DNA from: Euprymna scolopes
Lineage: Eukaryota
Length of the DNA stretch: 64,000 nucleotides
Reading direction: 5' to 3' (one strand)
Assembly: GCA_053919585.1 (NCBI GenBank)
Contig: CM132786.1
Positions within the stretch are counted from its first letter, which is position 1; every line of letters begins with the position of its first letter. Shown here one piece after another: positions 24,960 to 39,260 of the stretch. The notes under the pieces were generated by a model. That model was given only the letters and a program-made list of their open reading frames with translations. It was not told where the DNA came from and searched no databases. Both the position numbers and the translations under genes were made by a program.

Positions 24960-25900
24960 TAAATGTGGCTTATAGTTTGTTAAATTTTATTTTATGCTAA
25001 GCGGGCAAAGGAGGATAGAAGCCATTAATGAACCTTTAAATACTTCCAAGTTTTGTGGAAGTTTTAAAGATATTAGACATCATTTTATATTAATTCTCCA
25101 GATTCTATTTTATCTGTGGCATTGTAAAAAAGAAACTTGAGAGACATCATATAAACATACCCTCCCAAACAATTATATAAAACCTGCATTGAATTTAATC
25201 CATAGACGCTAATTATGCAATAATGCCTAAATGTCATCGGAACCAGGACAGGTTCTATTTGTTAACAATGAAAAAGAAGTTTTTAAAGATTTTTAATAGA
25301 TAAAGTCATCACTTATCAATGCCCTTAAGCCACTGAGTGATATGGGTCAATGGGTGTCAATTAAAATAACACCGTGATGATCAATGATTATAGTAATTAC
25401 AGGAGTTACTTTATTTTAGAAGACGGCATATCAAGAACTTATTTACATTGGACTTGAAAATGATCATGTTATATCGTATGTGTTGCTGTAACGTTATCAT
25501 CTTGGAAGTAACTCTGAAGTATTGTGTTCGATAGAAGCGCAGTTCTGGGAGAAAAATTGCTCATTGAATTTTCGTTGAAGTGTAGGCATAGATAAACGAT
25601 AAGGGAAATTGCTGGTGGTGACTGTAGCATATCAGGTATTTGGCGCGAATTACATACAGGATAGAGAGGATAGAGTGAAGCTCAGCTGATACAGAAGAGA
25701 CAATCTCTTTTTATGGATCTAGCCTGATTTTAAAACGTCTCATTGAATTCGCACCGGTATCTCACTTACCGTCAATATATTTCCCCAACGGCATTAGTGC
25801 GAGATTGAACCGATTAGAAAAATGTAAATTCCGTATTCCGCATCCGCATCCATTTGACGGTTCATCCGATAGAATAACACAGCCAGACAGCACGACGGCG
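24960..25900 (+). mobile_element. Penelope-like GIY-YIG relic
   Basis: IYIGL (about 25441), VLCSIEA..SLNFR and LKCRHR (about 25520-25590) match PLE GIY-YIG motifs. Confidence 0.55.
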
Positions 25901-27050
25901 TAATTTACTAAGAGAAAGTAAATGATGACGCTAATGAGAGCCTAATCGAAGAAGAAAAAGACATTTATGACGTTAATCCTTTTTAAATCGCCATTGTTGC
26001 TTTCACATCGATTCAAGGAAGGACAGTAGCGCTTGTTATTTCCGTTAAGTCAATAACGATCGTTTGTATCCACGCCGCTGTCCAATCCCCTGCTAACTGG
26101 TTTCCATGGCAACCGTTTTAGAACAAATTCATTACATAGAAAACTGCGATAAAAGAATACAATAAAAGTTTTACAATTAAATTGTAAATCTGTTAAAGTG
26201 TTGAAAAGTTTAACTTTATCTTTTTGTCTTGGATTCGTTTTAATTTGATATTGTTCTCGTTTCACAAGTTCTATTGTTTATGAACTAAAGAATTTCTTTC
26301 TAATGGACAATATAAAAGCAATCTTAGTTTTGTCTATATGCGTGCGTTTGTTTTATAAAACTCAGAAATTACACAATACACTGTAACGAAAGTCATCTCA
26401 TCGGATTCATATTTGACTTGGTTTGAGTAAAAATATATTTTATTCTTTTGAGGTAAACATAAATAAAAATTGTATTGCTATATTCGGGGACAGGGGAAGT
26501 TTATTAGTTTTTCACTTATGGTTAAACGTAAATAACATAGAAATTAAACAAAACGAGAGTCTTGCTTACAGTCCTACTTCGAAAGCAATTCTTATTTCCA
26601 CGTGACACCACCCAGTCTTGAAAAGGAACCAGTATTCAAACTTTTACAATGATGCAAAACACTTTAGATCACTTTATGTCAACAACATAAATAAATATTA
26701 GTCCAGTAAAATACGAAATAATGCAATAAAAATTGTAAATTTTTACGGCTTTATATCAGGTTGGGTCTACTATATATCGTAATAAAGTTGGACAAGATTC
26801 GAGCATTTTAAAGTTGTAAATTTTAAAGTAAAATATTTTCGATTTACGAGTCATTTTCCATTACGTTTTTAAGCATTAACCGCCAATTTTCATGATAAAC
26901 TAATAAATCTTTGATTTTTACCCATGTTTTCAGGGTCAATCTTTCACATATAATGGTTGCCAGTGATGTGGAGTCTTGCTTTATACGATATCTATGGTTG
27001 CACCTACTCCCACCTCCATTCACATCAGTCAGTATTTCTTCAAAGTTTTT

Positions 27051-30000
27051 TTACACTTCTTCCTCCTCAACCTCATCATCTATGACTAGAGCACTTTTCA
27101 TATTCCGACAGTGGTTATCTTGGCATTGTCCGCATGCACTGGTACATTCTAATTTATGCTTTCTGCGGGTGCACCTTAGGGTAATGCATCCTTCCAAACA
27201 ATTGCAATGCATCATCTGAATCATTTCATCTTGAGCAGCACTTTTGTCTGTCATCACAGGAACACTTTTGTCTTCATCTACCTTCCATCTCCATTCAGAT
27301 GGTGCCATTTCATCACTACACCCCGCCTACTCCATAATCTGGTAGTAGGGCCACAGAGAATAAAATCTACAGGCAGAGGCATTTGTAGGGAGTCGTTCTG
27401 GCTTAATAAAGATATTTGCCCTTGCAACTTTTTTGCAGAGCACATTTTATCTAACCAACGCTAACGAATCCTTCTGATCGCCATTGAACAGTGATATAAT
27501 TGCCTTAGAACCATTTGTTTCCACAACAGCCTGCGTTTGCTTTGGTTGAGAGAATACTTCTGAACAGTCTATCATTGTTTTTTCTCTTTTGATGATTCGT
27601 TATAACCCCGACTTCTTTCCAATCCCGCACACCCTGGGCACCGAATCAAATCCTGTAAAAGCATGCAGAAACAACAGGTTATTGCAAACTGCTTCACCAA
27701 GCACCCGTTTGAAAACCTTAATGTTTAGACTATGGCGTCCTTTATCAGAGAGGAAATAGAGTGCAGTACATTTGGAAACATTTGTATGAAACAGTAAGAG
27801 AACAAGAAGATTTGTGTCTTCTCCAATAATGCTTGTTTATCTGAAAACAGACATACTGGTGGCTGTCTTTGCAATTTCAACTGCTTCTGATTGAATAACA
27901 TCACATCATTTTGTTCCATGATCAGTTGGATAAGTGCATGCTTGTTTGCCCGATTTGACACGAAATCCCCCAGAAAATATTGTCGCCTCGGTAATTTTTA
28001 CCTTCTTTGCATTCAACTGTCGATTTCGCCTCTGATTTGCACATTCCTGTATACTTGGTCCAATATCATAACCATCAAACATCACAGATGCTCTTCCATA
28101 GTTTTCGATAGTGAATGAGGCATAATAGTTTGCAATGAAACTGTAGGTTCCACCCTCCTTCCATTTCAGACAATGAAGAAGAGATCCTCCGTCTAGTACG
28201 TTGTACTCTGTGACTGGAACAGTTTGCTACACACCACTGTCTGATTTTGTTTTGACATAGTTTCTGATTGCTTTGGCAAGTTGCGGTTTCTCCGCCTGAA
28301 GCAAGAGGCCTTTTTCCTCAAACAAAGACATCGGGTATTAACACAGTTCATAAGATATGACATCATCTAGTTGTAGATTTCCTGTCTGAGAAACTACAGG
28401 AAACCTCTGAAACAGGAGCTCTGGGCCAATGCTACAATCTTCAGACACTTTCACGTTCTTGCTGGATGCTAGAGCCTTTAGATTCAAACTTCGTTTGTGA
28501 GATAGGGAAACACCGATTGTCTCTTCCGACTTTGAAGAGGTTATGCACATTGACGTCTTTGTTGGCATTGATTCTTGTTATGATATTTCTGTTATGATTC
28601 ATCAGTCAAAAACGGTGTAACACTGTTTGTTTTTTCTGCAACCTTTCGGAGGTCTATCTCATCTCTTTTCAACCGAGAGGCAGACAACACCTTAGGTTTT
28701 TCATTTGTTATGTAAGTTCTTGTAGTAAGGTCTTGCATGGCAAGGTTGTAAAGAGATGACACAGTAGATGACATAGGCTAAATGTTTCTGTAGTGCTATG
28801 ACATTCCACTCCCTCGCATCAACCCGCCTTAGCTTTTGAGTGAGCGTATTAATGTCTGTTCGATCACAAGATCTGAGTCAAGACCAGCCTAGCATTGGTT
28901 GCTGCGTCGGATTACATGAAACCCAGATTGGAACTTCTGATGCACTATAGGATTGCCATCTTTCAATGCATACATCTTCTGAAGATACAAATATGCCGTC
29001 TTCAGATGGCCAGTGAATATTGGTAGGCAGGCTGAGAAAGCATTTAAATATATCTCCCAAGATCCCATCCTATCAGCTGAAACAGATGCACTCACTATAC
29101 TTAGCATGTGCTGATAATTAATCCATAGCTTGCTGGTTTTGGAGGCCCTTGACAGTTCATTCTCTTTCTCAGTTAAAGTGTTGTGAACTATGTTTATGCA
29201 ATCTGATTCCTTTAATGAATTTAAATCACACCGCCAGTCACCATCAAAATGTTCAATCCTCCACTTGGTCCTGGAAACCAGGATCATCTTCCATGATCTT
29301 GGCAGCAATCTGACGTGTGAGACACTGATCCACCAGCAAGTGGTCAGGAAATGCTCGTTGCACTGATTTTTCGCTCATCATGTGTACGACAGCATTGTCA
29401 CTATATACTATCTCCATAATCTCCTTGGGTCCCGTGCCATCCATCAACATCCCAATGGCACCCAAAATATTCGTTAAGGTATGGAATTGGACTAATCATT
29501 TGTAACAGCGTTCATGATATCAGACGCCTTCCAAAATAGCGGTTGATCAAAAGTTATGAAAGTCGGCATATTGTGTTTTGACGGTAGACTGCATAGGTAA
29601 TATAGGGTGGACAGGATACATGCTTTATCTCAGTGGTTCATGGCTATCATTGGAAGAAATTGTACCGAAGATTTTCCTGGATATTTGCAGTCCTTATGCA
29701 GCATGTGCATTATGCCTTGCCAACTGAGTGTACTCTTGTGGAAGCGAAAAGACATTTCCAAAAAATGTCCTCTTTGCGATCATAGATATCAGATGTGTAT
29801 AGGACCGACATAAATTCTAAGCAACGATTGAAATGCTTTGAAAAGCGATAATCTTTTATATTGATCTTCGTCATTTCGAGAAGTTTCAAGTCGGACATTT
29901 TTTGTTGTGGTATACTATGACTGACTTGCTTCCCGAGTGTAATGGATGCAATTATTCCCATCTCATGGAAGGTACCCATTCCATCCAATGTTATGTTATG

Positions 30001-31210
30001 ATCCACGTTGTCCCCTGCAAACAACAGGGACTGACCAAGAATGCCCATGTCACTGCCTAACACATCTGGTGCAAATGGACATGCCGGGTTCAATTCTATG
30101 CGTATTGGGCGCATAGAATCACCTTTGTACCTTTTGATATGATGAAGCCAATCCCATGGTTGAAAGTATCAATCAAGAATCGTGATCTATACCTGTGCAG
30201 CATTTGCACCGCAGCACCAAGCTGTAGAGGGACAATAACAGTTCTTGGGCGCACTACTTGAACAACAGCTTGTCCGATGCTAGCAACCTTTCTAGACGCG
30301 TCCTTCCCAACAAACAGATGTTGCAGCAAGAACTGCAAACTTGCTAGGATAAAATCTAATGCAGCTGCTAGTTTTACTTCTTCAGTTGTTGGATACATAT
30401 CCTCCCTTGATACAAATGTTGTCTTGATATCAGCTTTGATGAGTTTTGCTGCAGTTTGGAGAATTGCTCTTTTCTGTTCTTCCTCATCGTCCCCCCGAGG
30501 TGAATTGTAGTATTCACGAAGAATGCCACGATTTTTCCCCTAAAGGTTACAATTTTTCGACACCACTATGGCTGTCAGTCAAGAATATTGAGTTCCCATT
30601 TCTCTAGGAACTCACAAACACGTCCGAATACCTCATTTTGATCGCTATCCTTTGATCTTCCACTTTTTCGTCGTTTAGTTTATTCAGCTGACGTGAATTG
30701 TCTTGGGATATTCCGCATTGTACGTAAGTTGACGCTATATGACTTGTGGTAAACATAGTCTGCTGCGTGAAAATCCCCACCAAAATATTTTATCCAGCCT
30801 TGAACAGCAGTGTCACACTCATCCCTTCTGGTTTTGCAATGGACCAATGTAGTTTGAACAAATGCATCTGTTTTCACATAGAAAACCCTTTCGTCACTTT
30901 TTCATTTTGGGTCTTTTTTCATAGTAAAAGTTCCACAGAATAAACACTGGGTTTTACTGTCATATGGTCCCAGAGAAACACGAGCGCTCGTTTTCACTGG
31001 TCGCATAGAACCCCCCTTGCTGAAGGCAATAGCAATAATTCTCTTGTGTTGATGTGGTTTACCCGACACGTTTTGTGAACTCGAGTTCCTGCTTCAACCT
31101 GGACTTTCACGCCTCTTTCGATATTGCACGATTAATGTCTTCGGTGACTTTTTTCTCGAATCACCATGGCCGGTTCACCGTTAAAATCTTGTTCACACAA
31201 AGGACAGGTT
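27051..31210 (-). pseudogene. Academ transposase-XPG-like nuclease-Cys8 zinc finger polyprotein pseudogene
   Basis: Chain of minus-strand ORF fragments from 30877 down to 27051 in the ORF track, broken by frameshifts and stops. Confidence 0.8.
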
Positions 31211-31236
31211 TCTCCGATTCATGATTTACTCTGATA

Positions 31237-31405
31237 ATATATGCATATTAGTATATGCCTGTATGTGAAAATATATGCATATTAGTATATGCCTGTATGT
31301 GAAAATATATGCATATTAGTATATGCCTGTATGTGAAAATATATGCATATTAGTATATGCCTGTATGTGAAAATATATGCATATTAGTATATGCCTTTAT
31401 GTGAA
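31237..31405. repeat. 34-bp minisatellite, about 5 near-perfect copies, inside the Academ 5' region
   Basis: Unit gcctgtatgtgaaaatatatgcatattagtatat, period 34 (31257, 31291 and so on). Confidence 0.95.
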
Positions 31406-32206
31406 CCGCTTGAGTGCAACAATACAGAATAGGTAAAAAATCAACCATTTCATGTGAAAACATGGTAAAAATGCAAGATTTATTGATTTATCACGAAAAT
31501 TTGCGGAGTTAGTGCTTTAAAACGTAATTAAAAATGACTCACATGTCCAAAATATTGAACTTCCAAATTTACAACGTTCCCATGCTTGAATCTTGTCTAA
31601 CTTTTAGTATGATATATAGTAGACCAAACCTGACATAAAACTGCAAAAAAAAAAAAAAAAAAAAAATGAAGAAAATATTGCAATTTTTCGGGGGTGGGTG
31701 GAGTATTTTTAGCGTTTAATTGACAGAAATAAAATAAAATATAGAAATAAAATAATCGATATAGAAACCCACGTAATTATATGATAGATAGAAAATATTC
31801 TTTAAAGTAGGTAGATGACAGTGAGATAAAGTGGAAGAGAGGAGGAGAAGGCGAGAGAGAGAGCGAGAGAGAGAGAGAGCGAGAGAGGGAGAGCGAGCGA
31901 GAGAGATATCAAAAGTTGGAGAGAGAAACAAAAAGAGTCGCAGGGCGGGTTAAAATAAGAGAAAATCTATAAGAAATTTATATAGGTATAATTAGAGTTT
32001 AAAGTAATAAATGTATACTAGTATATATTTCTTGGCGCTTATCCAATTTACAACACAGTCATCGGCGACATATGCCTGCATGAGTCGGAAGATGCCGCAA
32101 ATCAGCTGTCAGAAGACGTCAAATTTCAATAAAAGCGTTAACTTTATTGAATCAAGAAATATTGTTAAATAGCAAATGACTTTCAACACAACATGTTAAC
32201 ATGAAA

Positions 32207-32276
32207 TCCCCCTTTCCCTTTATTAAGAATGGCTTTCTAAATAGAAAGCCATTCTTAACATAAGGAAAAAGGGGGA
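32207..32276. repeat. Hairpin with a perfect 17-bp core
   Basis: ttaagaatggctttcta-aa-tagaaagccattcttaa (32223-32258), extended by tccccc/ggggga. Confidence 0.9.
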
Positions 32277-33269
32277 CGTCACGTTTTGAATAAATCGTCT
32301 GAATTTTCACCTGCTTCTTTCATTATCTACCAACGACAGGAGGTTGGCGGAGATTGGATCATATACTAGCTAAGAACGAGGAAACATTTACTATTACACA
32401 TACTCGTGTTTCCCATTACACAATCCACGTGGATAAGTTCACTATTTCCACATGAATTAAACGTGAAAATTTCCACATGAATTAAGCATGAAAAAAATCA
32501 ATTCTAGTTGAAACTTAAAAGGAGCAGACCAGTACTATTTCAACCTAAAAAGTCTAGCCCAATAAAGGTGCTATTTCTATCTTAAATATAACAAATTAAG
32601 AACACGCTATTTATACTTTATAGTAAAGCAGGGAAACACTATAATCGAATTATACGTATGCCTATGTATAGTTTATGTATAACTCTTTTTTACAGAACTT
32701 TGTTTCAAAAGCAACACCCCTATTATTTTAACTCAAATAGTTCAAGAGCTACGGAGACAGGAGTAGCCTAATTATAGTGAGCGACTTTTCATGATCGGGA
32801 ATATATTTTTCTATATATTTAACACTATTATCAATGCACTTTTGTCAAAATAATCTATGAACACATCTGCATCTTACGCACGGACATGACAGAATTTATT
32901 TTTAGAGTCTTACACTGTAAATATGTGCTTTAGAGGGATAAAACTTTCAGGATATAAATGCATAAGTTTAGTCATCATAACAATGCATTTTGCAATATTC
33001 TCCGATCCATTCGAGCGCAGCAAAAAATAGGAGGCATTGCTTTGATGAATACCCTTCTATTATTATACATACAAATTCACATTCAAAACTTAATATAGAC
33101 GTTAAAGCACAACTTTCCCACTATGAGATTTAAAAAGATATACAAGTCCCTTTAACCTGAAACAAAAAAAAATAACGACTACGTTGTTCAAGAATCTCCG
33201 TGAACTGCAGTTACTGCGTACTATGGAAGCTGTTTATTTTACAGATTAATAAGAAAGTGAAAGTTAGGA

Positions 33270-33400
33270 TGCCACCGAAAGTAAACTTAATGCCCACTTT
33301 CTACTCTCCTCAAGCTTCCCAGCTTACTACAATATGAGCGTTTTCAAATCCAATGTAAACAAATTCTTGTAGCTCTGCCTTCTTTATCAAATTTTACCTA
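33270..33400 (+). mobile_element. CR1/Jockey-group LINE 3' fragment
   Basis: FPAYYNMSVFKSNVNKFL matches FPPDYNLDIFKSNINKFL of the ORF at 35263-35784. Confidence 0.65.
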
Positions 33401-34171
33401 ATAACACGATCATTACCAGTCATCACATTGTTGGCTCACCGTCGAACGGACACTGATGTAACCTTTATATTCGAGTTATCTATAGCTCTATATAAAGGTT
33501 GGCATCCTATTAAAGAATCCTTTGAATAAACGGGTTGAAGCAGCAGCATTTAGAAAAAAAATCATGTAAACAAACTCCTGCCTGAGGCCATTCACAGTCC
33601 TACATCGGGAGCAATTCTTCTTTCGATGTAACACACAGCCTTTCAAATATAGCAGAATCCAAGCTAGTGGAAAGACGAAAAAACACTTAAGATTAGTTTA
33701 AAAAAAAACATTAAGAATAAATACGAAATTAAATAAATTTACGTCAAACCAAAAATCACCTCTACCTATATATTAAAGGCACTTTCTCTGCGCCCATGTC
33801 TGTGTAACTTTGTTCCATATGGACTCCGAAACAGCTAGAGTGATTTTTATTAAATTTCACGCAATTTTACTTCATGCTTCATGTGTCCGGAGGTATTTTA
33901 AAATTAGTTTTATATCGGAATACCTCCAATAAGTGTCGAAAATCGGTAATAAAAAGTCCTATTAAAGAAAGAACAGGCCTATTTAGACAAATGTTATAGA
34001 ACTTGACATGACCAAAATACTTGGGTAGTTTTATCACCGCGCAAGCATAAGAGCTCCCGTATCAAACTAAGTGTAGGTCCATTGATAAGACAATCGTCAT
34101 TTTCTGCACTGATGATTGCAAAAAGATTGAAACACTAGTGGTTTCAAGTATAAAAATAATTAATGATAACT

Positions 34172-34214
<43 letters not shown>

Positions 34215-35139
34215 GTATACAAATATATAAATACCTATGTACAGTGTATATATATATGTGTGTGTGCGTGTGTGTATATATGTGTGTGTGTATGTGTGTG
34301 TGTAAGTATGTATATTTATTTCACATATATACATATATACTATAATATATCATGCCGATACTTTTTTAGTAATTAATCCAAAATTGTGTTTAATTTTCGT
34401 GGGGGGGGGGAATAATCATACTAATTCCATTGGTTCTATTTTTAAATTTGAAGATTGTTTTTAAATGTGAGTTTACATCTAGTCAATAAGATTCTGTTAA
34501 AATATTACCTTACTTATATGGAAATACTTACTAAACTCCTCTCCTTAAACAATTACAAGAATCTCGTCAACCACTTGTAGCCATGACAAATAAGGCTCTA
34601 TATGCGAGTTCATCGTTAAAAAACTCCTCGGCTTAATATTTCCCAAAAACATAAACTGAAACAAATACTTCCTCGACTTACACCGGCAAACTCGTCTAGC
34701 AACTAAATCCCACCCCAAAGTTGTAGAGAAATCTAATTAGTAATAGCTTCTTCCATCGAATTGCTAGCCGTTGAGATTCCCTTCTTTGTTCCCTACTTTC
34801 CTGATCGTACTAACATGCAGAAACTTAAATGTTATATAAACAGACATCTTGGTTATCTCTTTAGATAATCTCCTGTTAACATATTCCTTAATAGTAACTG
34901 ATTCCGTCCAAGTTGCAATGTGTTTTACTTTAAGTGTACAAGAGTAAAAAAAAAAAAGAATTATTTCCTTCAGCCAATGGGTATCACTATTTTTCATTTA
35001 AGTGAACTACATCAATTAGTTAAATGCATGTCCTCTGTATCAATATTTTATGGAAAAATGTGGAATAATATGAAATTTATTTCTAGTGAAATCTATATAG
35101 ATTTCGATAAGATTATGCAAATATGTTTCTTTTTTTTAT

Positions 35140-36640
35140 AAGGTAGTCACCAATTATCAAGGCCCCAAAGCCACTCGGGGGTAAGGGTTATTGCGAGTAC
35201 AGTAATCAATGGAATAGTATCGTAGTAATCGTTAGTATTTGAGATTTGATAAAGTATCTTACTTAAAAGGGGCGGTTCAACAGGAATTTGTTTATGTTGG
35301 ACTTGAAGATATCCAGGTTATAGTCAGGTGGGAAACAGGCAAACGGAACAGTATTACACAAGCGTGCGCTTCTAAGAAAGAAGCTTTGTTCATGGTGTCT
35401 ACGTTTTGGTTTTGGCACAGATAAAGAGTGGGGAAATTTTGTGACAGTGGTTTCAGCTAGTCGGGTGTTTATCGTGAAAGATTGGTGAGGGCGGATCAGA
35501 GATTGGAGCTCAGACGAACACCTGCCATGGAAGTAGCGATTAAATGAAGACAGGCTCGCAAAGTCTCTCCTGTGGGAAAGAGGTTGTAGGGAAAAGAAAA
35601 GGGCATGCCCTACTAAGCTACAAAGCCTATTTTGTACTCTGTCAAGGCAGGATAGGCTGTTTTTAGCAGCTCCTGCCCAGATGTGGCAGCAGTACTCCAT
35701 CCTTGGACGTACTTGGCGTTTATATAGATAAAGAATTGCATCAGCAGTGAGATATCTTCTTGAGCGATGGAAAGATTCTACCATTTTCCCAGCGACCTAG
35801 GCAACATACTTGATGTACATGTTCCATTTCAGGTCAGGAATAAAGGTCAAGCCCAGAAGCTTATCAAAACATGGAGCTTCCTCTAGACGAGAGCTATTCA
35901 TTTCAATTGATGCCAGATGGGGATCATAGCGTTGGTGATGTAAAGAAAGGAGCTTGGTTTTAGATACATTAAAAGTAACCAGTCACCTCTTCCCCCATTA
36001 TACCACGCGCTCAAGATCAGAGGAGAGAAAATCAGAGATAACTTTGTCATTTACGTCCTTTGAGGTGTTAGCATAGATGGTCGTGTCTTCAGCATAGATA
36101 TCAACGAACGATTTAAGTATGTGTTTTAGGAGATCATTGATGTAGATCAGGAAGAGAGTTGAGCCCAGGATGGACCCCTGAGGGACTCCAGCATTAATAC
36201 TGTGGGCCTCTAATTTCTACCCATCAACCACTACTCTTATGAGCCTATCAGAGAGAAGTGATTTAATAATTGAGAAAACATTTCCAGTTATACCATAGCT
36301 GGAAATCTTGTGAAGTAGGCCCTTATGCCATACCTTATCGGTGGCCTTTGATATGTCAAGAGCAATTGCCCTAGAAAGGACGCCTTTGTCAAGAGATTCA
36401 CTAATCCTATTAGATATAACAGTTAGCACGTCTGCTGAAAATCTGACAGAACGGAAACCATATTGCATGTCACTAAGAAGGTTATTTCTGCTGAGGTCGT
36501 TGATACTTCTCTATTTAATATGGATTCCAGCAACTTACTGATGGCACACAGGACACTTATCGCCTGAATTCTTAAATACAGGGCGTACTGATGAGATTTT
36601 CCAGTGTGTTGAGAAGCACTTCTCATTAAGGCAACGCTTA
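35140..36640 (-). mobile_element. CR1/Jockey-group (Zenon-like) LINE, RT and C-terminus, 5' truncated
   Basis: QYGFRS..SADVL, ALDISKATDKVWH, GVPQGSILG, YAEDTT, YLYKRQVRPRMEYCCHIWAG, LQPLSHRR. Confidence 0.92.
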
Positions 36641-37124
36641 ATTACTTTTTTATAGCAAATATTAATATAACACAAGCAAACAATATGCTGTTATTCGTAT
36701 TAAATATATGATTTTGAAAAACGTTCCATATAATTATTTTATGCAAGATAATTATTAAACTAATACAAGGATTTTGTGAGTATTGCAAGCTATTAAGCAA
36801 TTGTAAGTTTCAATCTTGTAAAATGACATGCTCATAATTGGATTGGGATTGGTTGTATGTTCCGATTTAAACAGCGATAATACATTGAATAATTTTCTTG
36901 TATGTAAACGGTGAACGCGTTGCAATCTGCTGGAGAAATTCAAATGCTTATGTGCCACGTCAACCTCGATTTCTCGTCAATCAGAATCCACAGAATGCTC
37001 GCTTTTCGATAAATGCAGTTTTGAATACATCGAAATAATTGTAGTTTTGAATACATCGAAATAAAAGTTTTGTAATCTCATATGAAAATTATTATTTTGA
37101 CGGAATGCAATTTTAAACAATGGT

Positions 37125-39260
37125 TATTTTTCATTACATTTTCACCTCAAACAAGACACAGTGTCACTTTGATGTAGAGGGCGTCATATCAAGAACATAA
37201 GTTGAAGGGGGTACTATGTAGGGATTTCAGCAGCAAGATGTCTGTTCACATTACACTTGAACTTCTGCATGTCAGTACAGTTTGGGAAGCAGGGGTCCGG
37301 AAGAGAGTTCTAAAATCTATCAGTTTTGCGGAAGAAACTATGAGTAGAAGGGTGTCTTACATATAGGGATCTCCACTGTGTAAGGCTGGGAATTTGTCGG
37401 GGGTATGTACTCCGAGACTGTACAAAGGCTTGTAGTTCGTCGGAACATCCACCATTAAAATACTTGTTAGGTTAACGACTCTTTTTTTTTAACCCTGTCT
37501 AGGAGTGAGGGACTAGTAGCCGATTTACCAGCCTAAATGTGACAGCAATACTCCATATATGGGGGAATGGTGGCCTTGCAAAGGTGCACTATACTTTCAC
37601 GCGTAAGTAACTTTCTAGCACAGAAGAGAGAACCCACTTTCTACACAGTACCTTGGCAATGCTCCCGATATATTTGGTTTAACTCAGTTTCCTGTGAATG
37701 TTAAGCTTAGAAGTTTGAACGAAGTATTCTCAGGTATCTGTAGCCATAGCTATTTGTGGTTGATAAGGTTTCTTGTAATTATTAAAGGGAATGAGGTTAG
37801 TAATGGCAGCATTGAACGTTACCATCCATTTTTGACTCCATTATACTACAGACTGGAAGTTTTCCTCTAGGGATTCCGCCATTGTCTTGGATATCGGTTT
37901 ATTTGTTTTCCTCTCGTGTCTGTTATAGAGCGTGATGTCGTCAGCAAATATACTCATCTCAGAGACTATTTTATCAGGGAGGTCATTTATAAATATCAGG
38001 AATAATGAAGGTCAAATGATCGACCTCTGGGGTACACCCACATTGATGTAATATTGTTTAGCCGTACGACCATCGTGGACAACCTGGATTCTTCTCTTAT
38101 TTAAGAAGATTTAATCATGTTAAGTATGCGTCCAGTAACACTATAGAATCTGATTTTCATAAGAAGGCTATCGTGTCATACCCTGTCACAGAGCCTTAGA
38201 CGTATCTAGGGTTGCTGCCCTCCCCTGTCCTGCCTTATCCAGTGCATGGTATATACGTTCAGAGATTACAGTTAGAATATCTGCAATAGAACAGTATTGT
38301 GTAAATCCATGTTGATGGTCGAACAGAAGTTTAGCAACTGTAAGGTGGATGACTAGAGCTTGCTTAATTATAGACTCGAATATTTTAGCGAAAAAAAAAG
38401 GAAGTAGGCTAAGGGGGCGATAATTTAATGGGTTAGATCTTTCGCCAGAATTCTTCTAAAAGAAGCAATTTTTCAGGAAAGCTTGAATCATTAAGACGTT
38501 TGTGAAGAGTTTGAAGAGAACTGTAGCAAGCTCAGCGGAGCATTTTTTTTATATTTATACAGCCGGTATTATATTAGGTACACATTTTGAGGTGTCTAAA
38601 TTTTTTATTATATCATGTACTTGAGAAAGGGGTGATTTTCAGATTATCTTGTGTGGTTTCTGTTCGCAAAGGAAAATCAGGAAGATTTGCTTGGTACCAA
38701 TTAAAGTTTGAGACACACTGATGGGCAAGCATATTAGCTTTCGCAGTTGCCGTGCAAACAACTTCATGATTGATGGATAGTGGGGAATTGTTGATTGTCC
38801 ACTATTTACTACACTGTTGTAGATTTTCCAGGAATCACGAGTTCATACTTTTTGCACTTCGATGCATTTTCTGGCGGCGTCGGTATATTCTCTATTAGCT
38901 TTAACTACTTCTTTACAATTACTACTAGCTTCTAGAAACTTTTGTCTATTTGTACTGGCCTTATGCTGGATAAATCTGCTGTATGCATATTGCCTCTGAG
39001 GAATGACTGCTGCGCAAGTAGAAGTAAACCATTGGGGAGATTGCCATGTGGGAAAATATGCTTTAATCGCTGCTTTGAATTATTCAGTGATCTCATTTAC
39101 GCACTGTTCTGCAGGAAAAGGAAATATATTTTCCCATGAGACATCTCTGATGTGATCTCTAATTACATCCCAGTCAGTCTTATGGTAGTATCTTGTCGTT
39201 TGGAGTAATGGGTCTTCAACGTGGGGTCGAGAGTTTAGAGTGATGTTTATGTTTATATAG
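37125..39260 (-). mobile_element. CR1/Jockey-group LINE, decayed; same subfamily as 48960-51340
   Basis: YYHKTDWDVIRDHIRDVSW, YRPLSLL, GVPQ and FADD motifs. The 3' UTR acatagtacccc..gaggtgaaaatgtaat is shared with 51245-51340. Confidence 0.88.

Larger units (their letters stand above)
26699..31705 (-). mobile_element. Academ (AcademX-type) DNA transposon, near full length, pseudogenised
   Basis: TIRs of about 230 bp (26699-26932 vs 31455-31705). Minus-strand frameshifted ORF carries GDNVDH.TLDG.GTFH.MG, TFDQPLFWKA and SDLVIEQT (transposase); VLDGGSLL and LFLHAFTGFDS..GIGKK (XPG/FEN1-like); and a C-terminal Cys-rich CNCLEGC..CTSACGQCQDNHCRN. Confidence 0.85.

Noticed and set aside
27051-27308. 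Host tesmin/CXC-domain gene
   Set aside because: It is the C-terminal Cys-rich domain of the TIR-bounded, frameshifted Academ ORF.
34100-34150. Possible HHR (ctgatga..gaaac-actagt-g)
   Set aside because: Stems I and II do not pair convincingly; at best a decayed relic.
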